A DNA stretch of 64,000 bases from Nemertoderma westbladi (taxonomy: Eukaryota > Animalia > Xenacoelomorpha). Made by a program: the position numbers and the translations under genes. The stretch lies in assembly GCA_032718475.1 (NCBI GenBank), contig JAUCBJ010006637.1, positions 62,714 through 126,713 of the forward strand, in the 5' to 3' direction. The notes under the pieces were generated by a model. That model worked only from the letters and a program-made list of their open reading frames with translations, was not told the DNA's origin and did not search any database. Below, piece by piece: positions 11,488-24,035 of this stretch (within the stretch, counting starts at the first letter, position 1; every line of letters starts with the position of its first letter).

Positions 11488-11975
11488 GTAATTTGATTTT
11501 GCCTCGAAAATAGTTGTATGTTTTCTATTGGATAATACTTCCAGACTTTTTGGTCGACCAAAAAGTAGTTTTTGGTCGACCAAAAAGTCGACTTATTGGT
11601 CGACCAAAAAGTACTTTTTGGTCGACCAAAAAGTACTTTTTGGTCGACCAAAAACTACTTTTTGGTCGACCAAAAAGTCGACTTATTGGTCGACCAAAAA
11701 GTACTTTTTGGTCGACCAAAAAGTCGCTTCAAAAAAAATAATAAAAAAAAGTATTAAGTGGCACAATTCAGCCACCGTACCGGTACAGTAATTTGATTTT
11801 ACCTCCAAAATAGTTATATATATGTTTTCTATTGGATAATACTTCCAGACTTTTTGGTCGACCAAAAAGTAGTTTTTGGTCGACCAAAAAGTACTTTTTG
11901 GTCGACCAAAAAGTCGACTTATTGGTCGACCAAAAAGTCGACTTTTTGGTCGACCAAAAAGTAGTTTTTGGTTAA
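11488..11975. repeat. Array of palindromic units tttttggtcgaccaaaaa with a duplicated ~60-bp leader and one MITE terminus
   Basis: About 13 SalI-centred palindromes; leader taatttgatttt...ataatacttccagac at ~11488 and ~11788; MITE arm at ~11731-11777. Confidence 0.9.
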
Positions 11976-11984
11976 ACGCATGTA

Positions 11985-12085
11985 GCTAAAGATTGAAAGC
12001 AAAAATAAAAATTCTGGCTCACCCAGTCAGTGGACGGGAAGTGAAACTATCTCTGTTTCAAATTTCATGCAATCTCATTAAGATT
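11985..12085. repeat. Dispersed repeat, inverted copy at ~16143-16260
   Basis: gtgaaactatctctgtttcaaatttcatgcaatctcattaag (12041-12082) is the reverse complement of 16143-16184. Confidence 0.7.
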
Positions 12086-12240
12086 TGTAGAAAAATTAGG
12101 GGGGGGGGGGGGGGGGGCGTGTCACTGAATTACGACACTATATTCTGGGACATGGTGTAATTTGTGCAGTTTCTATCACTTATAATAATATATATACAAT
12201 CATTTCGTAATGTTAAAATTTTGGAATAAAACTACATACA

Positions 12241-12378
12241 TACTTGTTGCAAAGTACTTTACAGTGTTCTGGTCCTCGTTGCTTTATTTTCACTCACTCA
12301 CTAACGTTCGTTCGTGTAACAAAGCCACTCGGATCATCACACTGCTACACTGTAAAGTGCTACTTTACACACAAGTAT
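12241..12378. mobile_element. Small imperfect hairpin element
   Basis: tacttgt..aaagtactttacagtgt ... acactgtaaagtgctacttt..acaagta. Confidence 0.45.
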
Positions 12379-12503
12379 ATAAATAGTTGATACAATTATT
12401 TACATTTGTAACAGATGGATTAAACGATTAGTATTAACTTTATATTCATATTTAACTTCCGATGTATTAAAAGGGTTTCGAGTTGTTCAAATAATCTTTA
12501 TAG

Positions 12504-12650
12504 TTTACTTTCACGTTTAAGGGCGAGAAAGGCGACAAAGGGGACCGTGGGAGCAGGGGGAAGAAGGGTCGATCTGGGATCGAAATACCCCAGCTGACCC
12601 AGTGTTTGTGGAGCGCCTTGGAAACCAATCGCGACGAGGGTCTAATACAG
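12504..12650 (+). CDS. CTHRC1: CTHRC1-like exon 2 (short collagen Gly-X-Y tract)
   Basis: tttatag|FTFTFKGEKGDKGDRGSRGKKGRSGIEIPQLTQCLWSALETNRDEGLIQ|gtaact; an alternative in-frame acceptor at 12522 is possible. Confidence 0.88.
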
Positions 12651-13006
12651 GTAACTATGCAATGTAGATCGTAATAACTATTATACTCCCTATATGGTGG
12701 CGTTGCGTTATGTCCCCCCCCCCCCCCCCCCAGACATATACTTGACAAAAATCACATCTCAGCGAATTAATGTCTCGGCTCAATATTAAATTATTAATTA
12801 AGCGAACGGCGTATGTTGCAGTGGCACGTTATTCTAACGAAAAAAGTCAATTAAACAGTTTATTTTTGTGAGTAATCAATCAGTTGATATTTGTGTCGAT
12901 TTTCCTATCGAGAGAGATTGATTTTACGACACTATGCGGTAGCAGAAATATATTTTGTTGGAATTAATAAAATTTGTCGAAAATATAAATTTTTCTATAC
13001 TTATAG

Positions 13007-13208
13007 CAATGTGCATTCAGTAAACGCTACGTGAACACAGCAGTAAAGGTTACCTGGAACGGTTCTATAAGACTCACTTGTTCCTACGAATGTTGTCAAC
13101 GGTGGTACTTTACTTTCAACGGAAACGAATGCGCATCGCCTGGCGGCGTCGAGGGATACATCGTTAAGAGCCTCAACATGACATTGAATGTTCACAGAGT
13201 CGCCGCTA
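13007..13208 (+). CDS. CTHRC1: CTHRC1-like exon 3
   Basis: ttatag|QCAFSKRYVNTAVKVTWNGSIRLTCSYECCQRWYFTFNGNECASP...NVHRVAA|gtaggt; CCQRWYFTFNG.EC is the CTHRC1 signature. Confidence 0.93.
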
Positions 13209-14212
13209 GTAGGTCTAGGCAGTAGTAGGTATTTTCCTAACTACTGTATATAGAGGCCTATATAAATATATAATAGGAATGACAAACGCATGGAATTTGT
13301 GTATTTTTATTCTCAATTTATTTTTTACCAATAAAGCTAATTTTCGTTTATTTGGTAAAACCATAAAACCATAACAAAACCATAACATTTTGTTTGCTTA
13401 GTTATTTTTTTTCAAAATTCGTCTCTAGGACCGCACAGTTTCATGCAATGTAACTAAACTTTCTGCTCAGAAAATAAATAGGTATTATTTACCGCTCGTC
13501 GCGAGATCTCTTTAATACGGAGAGAACACACCGAGCGAGGTCAATAAGCTAAATCCAGGTACGCGGAGGTAGATATTATATAAATATATCTGTGGGTCTT
13601 CCTAAGGTAGCGATGGACTGCATGATGAGCAGCAACATGCGTTACACAATGCGGTGGGAGAGGTTGGTGTGTAGTGGTGCTGAGACAGAGCCTGCATACC
13701 TAGGTCTACTCATCTGTTGGTCACCAGTATTTAGGAGAAAGGCGCAGTTTGTGGAGAAAACCGGTTGAGAAAAGTTGCGAAACAACAACTAAACCGGTTA
13801 ATTATCCATTGTTTGGGCAATCTGTCGCCGCCAGTGTGAAGATCATGAATATGATGATGAATCTTGCCGAGTCCACAGCAGAGCTTCCTGTAAAGTGATG
13901 TGGTGAGGGAAACATTGTAGGTGTGTGCTGAATCTGCCGAGACATATATGCTTTTTGAGCTACTGTATATAGAGCTCCGATGTACTGTGTGAAAAAAGGA
14001 GGTCTACATAAATATACAAGGTTTATACAACAATAATTATTCGCGAATGTAAAATGATTCGTTTAAATTTTTAATTTATTGTTCCATTGTGTTTTTCTCT
14101 GTGTTCAATCTCAAGCACTTGATTAAGGTAATTTTACTAAGGTAAATTAAGGTAATAGGGTTTAAAATATTCTTATTCCTAAAAATTACTATTATAATTG
14201 CAATTATTTTAG

Positions 14213-14364
14213 TTATTGGTGTATGCGATGAACTACCTCGTGGAACTACTAATGTTGGATTTTGGGTTGGTTCCTGTACGGACAACAGACCATATCCGGT
14301 GGGAGACGCGAAGACAGGATGGGGTGCCAGCAGGATAATCATTGAAGAAGTCCTACTCACCTGA
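14213..14364 (+). CDS. CTHRC1: CTHRC1-like exon 4 (terminal); full protein ~213 aa
   Basis: ttttag| in phase 1: IIGVCDELPRGTTNVGFWVGSCTDNRPYPVGDAKTGWGASRIIIEEVLLT*, matching WVG.C...YP.GDA.TGW..SRIIIEE. Confidence 0.93.
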
Positions 14365-16670
14365 ATATCGAATAAACAAAATACATATGTAATATAATAT
14401 ACAATGAATAATTATAACCCTTACCATAATTGTATGCATGCATATGTTAATTTAGTTTAGTTTATTAGCCTTTACTTTGTCACTATAATATATATAATAT
14501 CTTAATTTTAAACACAAACTTTTATATTGTAGCTGCAGACTTTATATTATAAACTTAGGATAACAGCTAAATATGGGAATTCAACATAATCATTTTGAAT
14601 ACAGTTGGTGTTCTAGAAAATAAGTACAAGAACAGAAAGGGCGGAAAACTAGGGAACGCGTTGATGCGATGTGGGAAGATGCGTTGAGATATGAAGACCA
14701 GAATGGCGGGTTATGGCTATGTATTATGGTAGATGATTATCGCAATGCTGAGCTGATCCGCCCCCAGCTATTAGATTAGTTCTAACTATATATATGTGAC
14801 CTTGGTTTCAGGGTGGGTAATCAATTCAGAGAAACCGAAACCGAGACACAATCTCCATCGTTGTGGGACTGAAATATATTTAAAATAAAAAAATATGGCT
14901 TTGAAACCTTCCCAACTGGTTGAAAATTCAAGGCCTTGAAATTGTTGGGTCCAGATTAATTTCCATAACTACAGGGCCCTTTACTCTGCCTTTTTTCCTC
15001 TATTATTGCTAACATATCGCTCAATAGATTCGATGTAATCATACAGTAGAATTTAACATGACTTTAACTCCTCTTTATCATATTAAACAGAACCCACCTG
15101 TGTAACCCCTTGGTATAAGTGTTTATTTCATCACACACACGTAACGCACACTAATTAGTTCACCCAATTCACGAATCTAAATTCCAGAATATCCTTTTAG
15201 GCACCCACACCACCACCCCACCTAGAAAGGTACCTCACATCAAAAAACATATGAAATGAGCCGAACTGGTTTAAAAAATGTGAGAAAATTATTCATGACT
15301 TCAACTTCAATAATAATGAGCATTGTTTTGGAACATATTTTTCTTTTTAATTATGACATCATCTATATAGAATGTGTTATTCGTTCTTACGTCATATTCC
15401 GTATCGATTTAACTTTCGGACAGGTTTTATTACGAACAGCCAACTCTTCTCTACAACAATAGTCAACGTTTATACCAGCAGGTTTGCCGCTCCAACTAAT
15501 ATAACAAGTTACTGTACACGCGCCGGCATTGAGTGATATGGGATTAATTCGGGTATGCGTGAATACGGCACCCCCAATGCTAGACGATCAATAGCACTGC
15601 AGTTACTGGGGGGAGTTATTTTACATATATACGGTAACATATATCGACGTAACTTTCAAGAACATATGTTAGCTAATGTGTGGGTGGATGAATACAAGGT
15701 TGGTACTGTAGCTGGTAGGTTGACAATATACTGGTGTTTCACCAAGTTTATAGCAATTTACAGCAATGTAATACTGTACTGTAACTTCATGTACTAAACA
15801 ACTATAGTATCGTATCTTAGCACTTTAGATGGAAAATCTCAATCAAAAGGTGTCGTTTGTAGGCCCTATCATATTCAGTATGATACGCATATTTACTAAA
15901 CATAACACCAACACCTCTCACAAACTAATATTCTCATTCGAATCACAACACAATCATTGACACCTTTTAAAGAAGACAATGCAATCAGTGGGCCGTGTAA
16001 TACCGAAGTACCGGTAATATATATGCTGTACATATATATGAAGCACATATACTACGTACTGACATGAGCTAGAATCCAAGCTAGTAGGCCTATATATCTA
16101 CAGTATAAAAGCCATGTCCTAGGCCATGGTCTCCTAAACCTACTTAATGAGATTGCATGAAATTTGAAACAGAGATAGTTTCACCTTTCTCCTTCATGTT
16201 GGGTGCGATTTTTACATTTCATTTTCACGATTGGATATTTTCGCTTCATTCTTTAGCTACAGCGTTTGATAAAGGGTGTCTCCGACGGTATTGCAACAGT
16301 TACAGTGATTTGTTGGTTGATAGAAAGGCGTTGCAAGGATTCCAAATATGTAACACAATCTGAATTTCATTGTAAATTAGCTTAGATATGAGCGTTTGAG
16401 GGTGCATAGTTTTTATAACCACAAATTCATTAAAAAATATCTATAAAATTAAATTAAAGTGTTTACGAGCATTAATTCGAAATTATTTCAGCTAACGAGG
16501 TAGGGAAGGTTTTCACTTTTAGACATTTCGCCCTCTAGCGGTAGACTGGAGAACTGCATTCGGACTAACTAACATACAAAGATACAGATAATGGTGTCGG
16601 AGATATCTGCCAAAGAAATGCGAGGACTCCAGCCGCGGGTGTCTGTTAAATCACCTAGAATTCACCACGT

Positions 16671-16850
16671 TGTGAGTATCTATGTCTGTGTAGCACAGGA
16701 ATACAGGACATTCACCATGTGGCATTGAACTGCCCATTACTTCTCGATATCAAATCGGATAGTGATGATCTGCCGGACTTCTTTAAGAATCCTTGCGCTG
16801 CGGTTAAGTACACGTTCGAGGGACCTTCGCGCAGCACGAGGCTCAGCTAA
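16671..16850 (+). mobile_element. Degraded non-LTR retrotransposon ORF2 C-terminal CCHC zinc knuckle
   Basis: Translates CEYLCLCSTGIQDIHHVALNCPLL (C-x-C-x8-H-x4-C). Confidence 0.45.
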
Positions 16851-17249
16851 CCCGAAACATGTTAGCCCGAGAAAGCTGTAATCGGAGTACTCGAAATTTG
16901 GTCTACTACTTCGTTAGCTTGTCTCTACCAGTTCTATTTAAGCAATGATCGTAGGTCACTACTCCAACTTTCAGATGAATCTGATTGGTTCTATTACAGC
17001 TGCTGTTATGTTTCTGTTAATTCGCCCCCTAGCGGCCGACAGTGGAAGTGATCCATATTATAAACTACGATGTACTACATCACATGCTACGTAATAATAC
17101 ACCATAGAATACAGTATCAGGTCAGGGTCGCGAGATCCTGCTACCATTATGGCTGTAATGTGAGTACCACCTGTAGCTGTCAACCCAGTAGGGCAACCCG
17201 ACCAGTATCAGTCAGTACCTTATTCATCAAATAGTTGATCAGACGCAGA

Positions 17250-17340
17250 TCATATAGACCCAACTTGAAAGGGACACTGGACGTGAAGAAATGAAATTGG
17301 AGAAACGAAATGCGACAACTACTGTATGGATGGGTAATCG
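17250..17340 (+). mobile_element. Degraded RTE-like ORF C-terminus leading into the 60-bp array
   Basis: With one frameshift it reads ID-QLERDTGREEMK, like the Y.DQL..DTG end motif of RTE-type ORFs. Confidence 0.45.
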
Positions 17341-17725
17341 GGAATCGGGAAGCCTCGAAGGATCTCATTTCTACTGTCCGAGCTCGCTCGATCTAGTAGT
17401 AGTTGGAGAATCGGGAAGCCTCGAAGGATCTCATTTCTACTGTCCGAGCTCGCTCGATCTAGTAGTAGTTGGAGAATCGAGAAGCCTCGAAGGATCTCAT
17501 TTCTACTGTCCGAGCTCGCTCGATCTAGTAGTAGTTGGAGAATCGGGAAGCCTCGAAGGATCTCATTTCTACTGTCCGAACTCGCTCGATCTAGTAGTAG
17601 TTGGAGAATCGGGAAGCCTCGAAGGATCTCAATTCTACTGTCCGAACTCGCTCGATCTAGTAGTAGTTGGAGAATCGGGAAGCCTCGAAGGATCTCATTT
17701 CTACTATCTAGTAGTACTGTAGTAG
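17341..17725 (+). repeat. 60-bp tandem repeat (~6 copies) of a retroelement 3' end
   Basis: Unit ggagaatcgggaagcctcgaaggatctcatttctactgtccgagctcgctcgatctagtagtagtt-type; approximate unit length. Confidence 0.9.
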
Positions 17726-18249
17726 TAATAAATAATAAACTGCTGTAAAAGATTGGCATTTCCGTATAATTTATATTTAAAAAATAAATAAGTAAATTGT
17801 GTATTAAATGATAGAGTTGTAATTGTTGGCCTGCTGTAGGAGAAGGTTGCTACTTTGGCAGCTTTGTCAAGTGCTTGAGTGGCATTTGAATTAGACGATG
17901 AATGACCTCGCCCGAACTAAATTACATAGTAGTGGGGCCGTTTTGGGGGCCATAAAGACGTGATTGGCATGTGTTGGGGGGAAACCCAAATTTCATAGAC
18001 AATTCTTGCGAGGGGTAGATAACTAACTAACTACCTTCAGTTGGCATCAGAAAGGGTCCTTTGTGGCTCAATTAGTTACTGGGGCAGTGGATAACCATGT
18101 GGGTGGCGTTATGGCAGGAAGATGTCGTGGTTGCTAATAATGTGAGTCAGCAATTATAAATAAATGCCTGTCTGACGATAAATTCTACCAAGTTATTATT
18201 TGAATTTCAATTATTCAAAAATGTCATAGCATAGCTAATCAAAGCAAAC

Positions 18250-18395
18250 AGTCGGCCGAAGCCGGAGGAGACCCGAAGGCTCCTCTTTCGATAGCTGCTA
18301 CCCGAGGGTAGGGGTTGGCGCTGCTCCTATCCCATGTTTTGCTCCTAATTCAACTGGTCCTCATTTTATCGACACCAGTGAATGAAAATCTGAAT
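18250..18395 (-). mobile_element. Possible SINE body fragment
   Basis: gacccgaaggctcctctttcgatagct... and ctggtcctcattttatcgac resemble, from memory, conserved invertebrate SINE domains (Meta-domain-like). Not verified. Confidence 0.3.
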
Positions 18396-18402
18396 GGATT
18401 CT

Positions 18403-19550
18403 AGGGCTGAGGTGGGACTGAGCTGGGGCTGAGCTGGGTCTGAGCTGGGGCTGAGCTGGGGCTGAGGTGGGACTGAGCTGGGGCTGAGCTGGGGCTGAGG
18501 TGGGACTGGGGCTGAGCTGGGGCTGAGGTGGGACTGGGGCTGAGCTGGGACTGAGGTGGGACTGGGGCTGAGCTGGGGCTGAGCTGGGGCTGAGGTGGGA
18601 CTGGGGCTGAGCTGGGGCTGAGGTGGGACTGGGGCTGAGCTGGGACTGAGGTGGGACTGGGGCTGAGCTGGGACTGAGGTGGGACTGGGGCTGAGCTGGG
18701 ACTGAGGTGGGACTGGGGCTGAGCTGGGACTGAGGTGGGACTGGGGCTGAGCTGGGGCTGAGCTGGGGCTGAGGTGGGACTGGGGCTGAGCTGGGGCTGA
18801 GGTGGGACTGGGGCTGAGCTGGGACTGAGGTGGGACTGGGGCTGAGCTGGGACTGAGGTGGGACTGGGGCTGAGGTGGGACTGGGGCTGAGCTGGGGCTG
18901 AGGTGGGACTGGGGCTGAGCTGGGGCTGAGCTGGGGCTAAGGTGGGACTGGGGCTGAGCTGGGGCTGAGTTGGGACTGAGGTGGGACTAGGGCTGAGCTG
19001 GGGCTGAGCTGGGGCTGAGCTGGGGCTGAGCTAGGGCTGAGCTGGGGCTGAGCTGGGACTGAGGTGGGACTGGGGCTGAGCTGGGGCTGAGCTGGGACTG
19101 GGCTGGTTCTGAGGTGGGACTGGGGCTGAGCTGGGGCTGAGCTGGGTCTGAGGTGGGACTGGGGCTGAGCTGTGGCTGAGCTGGGTCTGAGGTGGGACTG
19201 GGGCTGAGCTGGGGCTGAGCTGGGTCTGAGGTGGGACTGGGGCTGAGCTGGGGCTGAGCTGGGGCTAAGCTGGGACTGAGGTGGGACTGAGGTGGGTCTG
19301 GTGCTGAGCTGGGGCTGAGCTGGGTCTGAGGTGGGGCTCAGCTAAGCTAAGGTTGAGCTGGGGCTGGGGCTGAGCTGGGACTGGGGTGGGACTGGTGCTG
19401 AGCTGGGGCTGACCTGGGTCTGAGGTGGGGCTCAGCTAAGGTTGAGCTGGGGCTGGGGCTGAGCTGGGGCTGAGCTGGGGCTGAGCTAGGGCTGAGCTGG
19501 GGCTGAGCTGGGGCTGAGCTAGGGCTGAGCTGGGGTTGAGCTGGGGCTGG
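18403..19550 (+). repeat. G-rich GGGGCTGAGCT / GAGGTGGGACT minisatellite
   Basis: About 1.15 kb of mixed ~11-nt units with strong G/C strand asymmetry. Confidence 0.95.
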
Positions 19551-19607
19551 CTCAGTTGGTTGATCGCCGGGTTTACAATCTAATCGTTGTACGTTCGAGC
19601 CCCGCCA
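19545..19607 (+). mobile_element. tRNA-derived SINE head
   Basis: A-box TGGCTCAGTTGG and B-box GTTCGAGCC at tRNA-like spacing; no convincing cloverleaf. Confidence 0.5.
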
Positions 19608-20298
19608 GAATCCTGCATTATTATAATTATCTGTTATTATTAGCATAACTAGTTATAACATACTGAATATACCTACTATAATAACCTATAAAATCTGCAA
19701 CGATAAAAAATGTTATTTGAATATGGAAATATTATGTAACTCTGTGGTAGGATATATAAAAATTAGAACCTTTTAAAGGAAGATGGGAATTCAGTTAGAG
19801 TCTATATGGCACATCATAAAATTTTGGCATGTTACCGGTAGGGTACATGTAAGCAAATATATCAGCTAGACTGGTACCCGCACTTCAGAATGGTACAGTG
19901 TAGGCCTACAGCCTACTATCTAAACATAATCGATCGGCCTTACTTATTACAGACGATCGTTCGTAATCCTCACAACAGTAAAATAGAATAAGGTTCTCGG
20001 GAGACCACTAATTCCGCTACAGCAATAGGTTAATAAGTGACTATTTCGGGATACCTAACCACCTCCATTGGTTTTATGTGTATTCTTTGGAAAAATACAT
20101 ACAATTCTATATCACCTTCATCTGCAGATTCCGAATATGAAATTGGATTTTAATTTCACCGCAAATTGTCGGAGATTTGATCGAAATTCAATCGCCTAAT
20201 TATTACGATGTAAATGTAAAGAATAAATATAAATAAGTCACGGAAGAAGTAATGTTTCTCGATTCGAATTCGAATATAATATATCATTTGCGCTTTTT

Positions 20299-22846
20299 TG
20301 ATACAAGAGCAGTGTAATGAGAACAAGAGCAGTGTAATGAGAATGAGATACAAGAGCAGTGTAATGAGATACAAGAGCAGTGTAATGAGATACAAGAGCA
20401 GTGTAATGAGATACAAGAGCAGTGTAATGAGATACAAGAGCAGTAATGAGATACAAGAGCAGTGTAATGAGATACAAGAGCAGTGTAATGAGATACAAGA
20501 GCAGTGTAATGAGATACAAGAGCAGTATAATGAGATACAAGAGCAGTGTAATGAGATACAAGAGCAGTGTAATGAGATACAAGAGCAGTGTAATGAGATA
20601 CAAGAGCAGTAATGAGATACAAGAGCAGTGTAATGAGATACAAGAGCAGTGCAATGAGATACAAGAGCAGTGTAATGAGATACAAGAGCAGTAATGAGAT
20701 ACAAGAGCAGTGTAATGAGATACAAGAGCAGTGTAATGAGATACAAGAGCAGTAATGAGATACAAGAGCAGTGTAATGAGATACAAGAGCAGTAATGAGA
20801 TACAAGAGCAGTGTAATGAGATACAAGAGCAGTGTAATGAGATACAAGAGCAGTAATGAGATACAAGACCAGTGTAATGAGATACAAGAGCAGTGTAATG
20901 AGATACAAGAGCAGTGTAATGAAATACAAGAGCAGTAATGAGATACAAGAGCAGTGTAATGAGATACAAGAGCAGTAATGAGATACAAGAGCAGTGTAAT
21001 GAGATACAAGAGCAGTGTAATGAGATACAAGAGCAGTGTAATGAAATACAAGAGCAGTAATGAGATACAAGAGCAATGAAATTAGATACAAGAGCAGTGT
21101 AATGAGATACAAGAGCAGTGTAATGAAATACAAGAGCAGTAATGAGATACAAGAGCAGTGTAATGAGATACAAGAGCAGTAATGAGATACAAGAGCAGTG
21201 TAATGAGATACAAGAGCAGTGTAATGAGATACAAGAGCAGTGTAATGAGATACAAGAGCAGTGTAATGAAATACAAGAGCAGTAATGAGATACAAGAGCA
21301 GTGTAATGAGATACAAGAGCAGTAATGAGATACAAGAGCAGTGTAATGAGATACAAGAGCAGTGCAATGAGATACAAGAGCAGTGTAATGAGATACAAGA
21401 GCAGTAATGAGATACAAGAGCAGTGTAATGAGATACAAGAGCAGTAATGAGATACAAGAGCAGTGCAATGAAATACAAGAGCAGTAATGAGATACAAGAG
21501 CAGTGTAATGAGATACAAGAGCAGTAATGAGATACAAGAGCAGTGTAATGAGATACAAGAGCAGTGTAATGAGATACAAGAGCAGTAATGAGATGCAAGA
21601 CCAGTGTAATGAGATACAAGAGCAGTGTAATGAGATACAAGAGCAGTGTAATGAAATACAAGAGCAGTAATGAGATACAAGAGCAGTGTAATGAGATACA
21701 AGAGCAGTAATGAGATACAAGAGCAGTGTAATGAGATACAAGAGCAGTGTAATGAGATACAAGAGCAGTGTAATGAAATACAAGAGCAGTAATGAGATAC
21801 AAGAGCAATGAAATGAGATACAAGAGCAGTGTAATGAGATACAAGAGCAGTGTAATGAAATACAAGAGCAGTAATGAGATACAAGAGCAGTGTAATGAGA
21901 TACAAGAGCAGTAATGAGATACAAGAGCAGTGTAATGAGATACAAGAGCAGTAATGAGATACAAGAGCAGTGTAATGAGATACAAGAGCAGTGTAATGAG
22001 ATACAAGAGCAGTGTAATGAAATACAAGAGCAGTAATGAGATACAAGAGCAGTGTAATGAGATACAAGAGCAGTGCAATGAGATACAAGAGCAGTGTAAT
22101 GAGATACAAGAGCAGTGCAATGAGATACAAGAGCAGTGTAATGAGATACAAGAGCAGTAATGAGATACAAGAGCAGTGTAATGAGATACAAGAGCAGTGT
22201 AATGAGATACAAGAGCAGTGTAATGAAATACAAGAGCAGTAATGAGATACAAGAGCAGTGTAATGAGATACCCGAGCAGTGTAATGAGATACAAGAGCAG
22301 TGTAATGAAATACAAGAGCAGTAATGAGATACAAGAGCAGTGTAATGAGATACAAGAGCAGTAATGAGATACAAGAGCAGTGTAATGAGATACAAGAGCA
22401 GTAATGAGATACAAGAGCAGTGTAATGAGATACAAGAGCAGTGTAATGAGATACAAGAGCAGTGTAATGAAATACAAGAGCAGTAATGAGATACAAGAGC
22501 AGTGTAATGAGATACAAGAGCAGTAATGAGATACAAGAGCAGTGTAATGAGATACAAGAGCAGTGTAATGAGATACAAGAGCAGTGTAATGAAATACAAG
22601 AGCAGTAATGAGATACAAGACCAGTGTAATGAGATACAAGAGCAGTGTAATGAGATACAAGAGCAGTGTAATGAAATACAAGAGCAGTAATGAGATACAA
22701 GAGCAGTGTAATGAGATACAAGAGCAGCGTAATGAGATACAAGAGCAATGTAATGAGATACAAGAGCAGTAATGAGATACAAGAGCAGTGTAATGAGATA
22801 CAAGAGCAGTAATGAGATACAAGAGCAGTGTAATGAGATACAAGAG
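20299..22846. repeat. 21/19-bp minisatellite (gagatacaagagcagt[gt]aat), over 100 copies
   Basis: Direct inspection; 19- and 21-bp variants interspersed. Confidence 0.97.
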
Positions 22847-23353
22847 GAAGAGGTACGATTGAAATACGAGAGATGTAATGGGGATATAAGAGTTGCAATT
22901 GGGATACAAGATCCGCAGTATCTTGCTACACGTATATGTAATTAGCACCTTTTTACTTACAGAACATATGAACTGCATACCGCTTTATTTAGAATGTCTA
23001 ATTAATTGTAATGTTTAATTATAGATTTCATCAAGGTTTAATTGATTTGTATTGCTTTCATCAACTTTTATTTCCATTTTGTGAGAATGTTTGTTTTTAA
23101 TTAAATTATTTTTATTATATTTTACTAAATTATTTTATGAACCAAAGATTTATGAACCATACAAGAGAATCAACCTACAATTAATTAATTATTATTATTT
23201 ATATTTTGATCTATTAACTTTAAGAACTGTATCCCGTTTTAACATATGAACTGCATACCGATTATTGAAAGTGTTTATAATTAATTATTTTTTTAATGTT
23301 TAATTATAGATTTAAATTGAATGAATTTATAATAAATAAATTAATAAATAAAA

Positions 23354-24035
23354 TTACAAGAGCTGCAATTGTGATACAAGAGCTGCAATCGGGATACAAG
23401 AGCTGCAATTGTGATACAAGAGCTGCAATCGGGATACAAGAGCTGCAATCGGGATACAAGAGCTGCAATTGTGATACAAGAGCTGCAATCGGGATACAAG
23501 AGCTGCAATCGGGATACAAGAGCTGCAATTGTGATACAAGAGCTGCAATCGGGATACAAGAGCTGCAATTGGGATACAAGAGCTGCAATTGAGATACAAG
23601 AGCTGCAATTGGGATACAAGTGCTGCAATCGGGTTACAATAGCTGCAATTGAGATACAAGTGCTGCAATTGGGATACAAGAGCTGCAATTGGGATACAAG
23701 AGCTGCAATTGGGATACAAGAGCTGCAATTAGGATACAAGAGCTGTAATCGTTTTACAAGAGCTGCAATCGGGATACAAGAGCTGCAATCGGGTTAGCAG
23801 AGCTGCAATCGGGATACAAGAGCTGCAATCGGGTTACAAGAGCTGCAAATGGGATACAAGAGCTGCAATTGGGATACAAGAGCTGCAATAGGGATACAAG
23901 AGCTGCAATCGGGTTAGAAGAGCTGCAATTGGGATACAAGAGCTGCAATTGGGATACAAGAGCTGCAATTGGGATACAAGAGCTGCAATTGAGATACAAG
24001 AGCTGCAATTGGGATACAAGAGCTGCAATTGGGAT
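23354..24035. repeat. 20-bp minisatellite (gggatacaagagctgcaatt), ~34 copies
   Basis: Exact 20-bp period; shares the gatacaagagc core with the preceding array. Confidence 0.97.

Noticed and set aside
11488-11975. CRISPR-like appearance of palindromic repeats
   Set aside because: No unique 25-45-nt spacers, no cas genes, eukaryotic intron context. The same applies to every other array here.
19545-19607. Functional tRNA genes here, at 24922-24990 and at 57840-57915
   Set aside because: A and B boxes are present but I could not fold complete cloverleaves; treated as SINE heads. tRNAscan-SE would decide.
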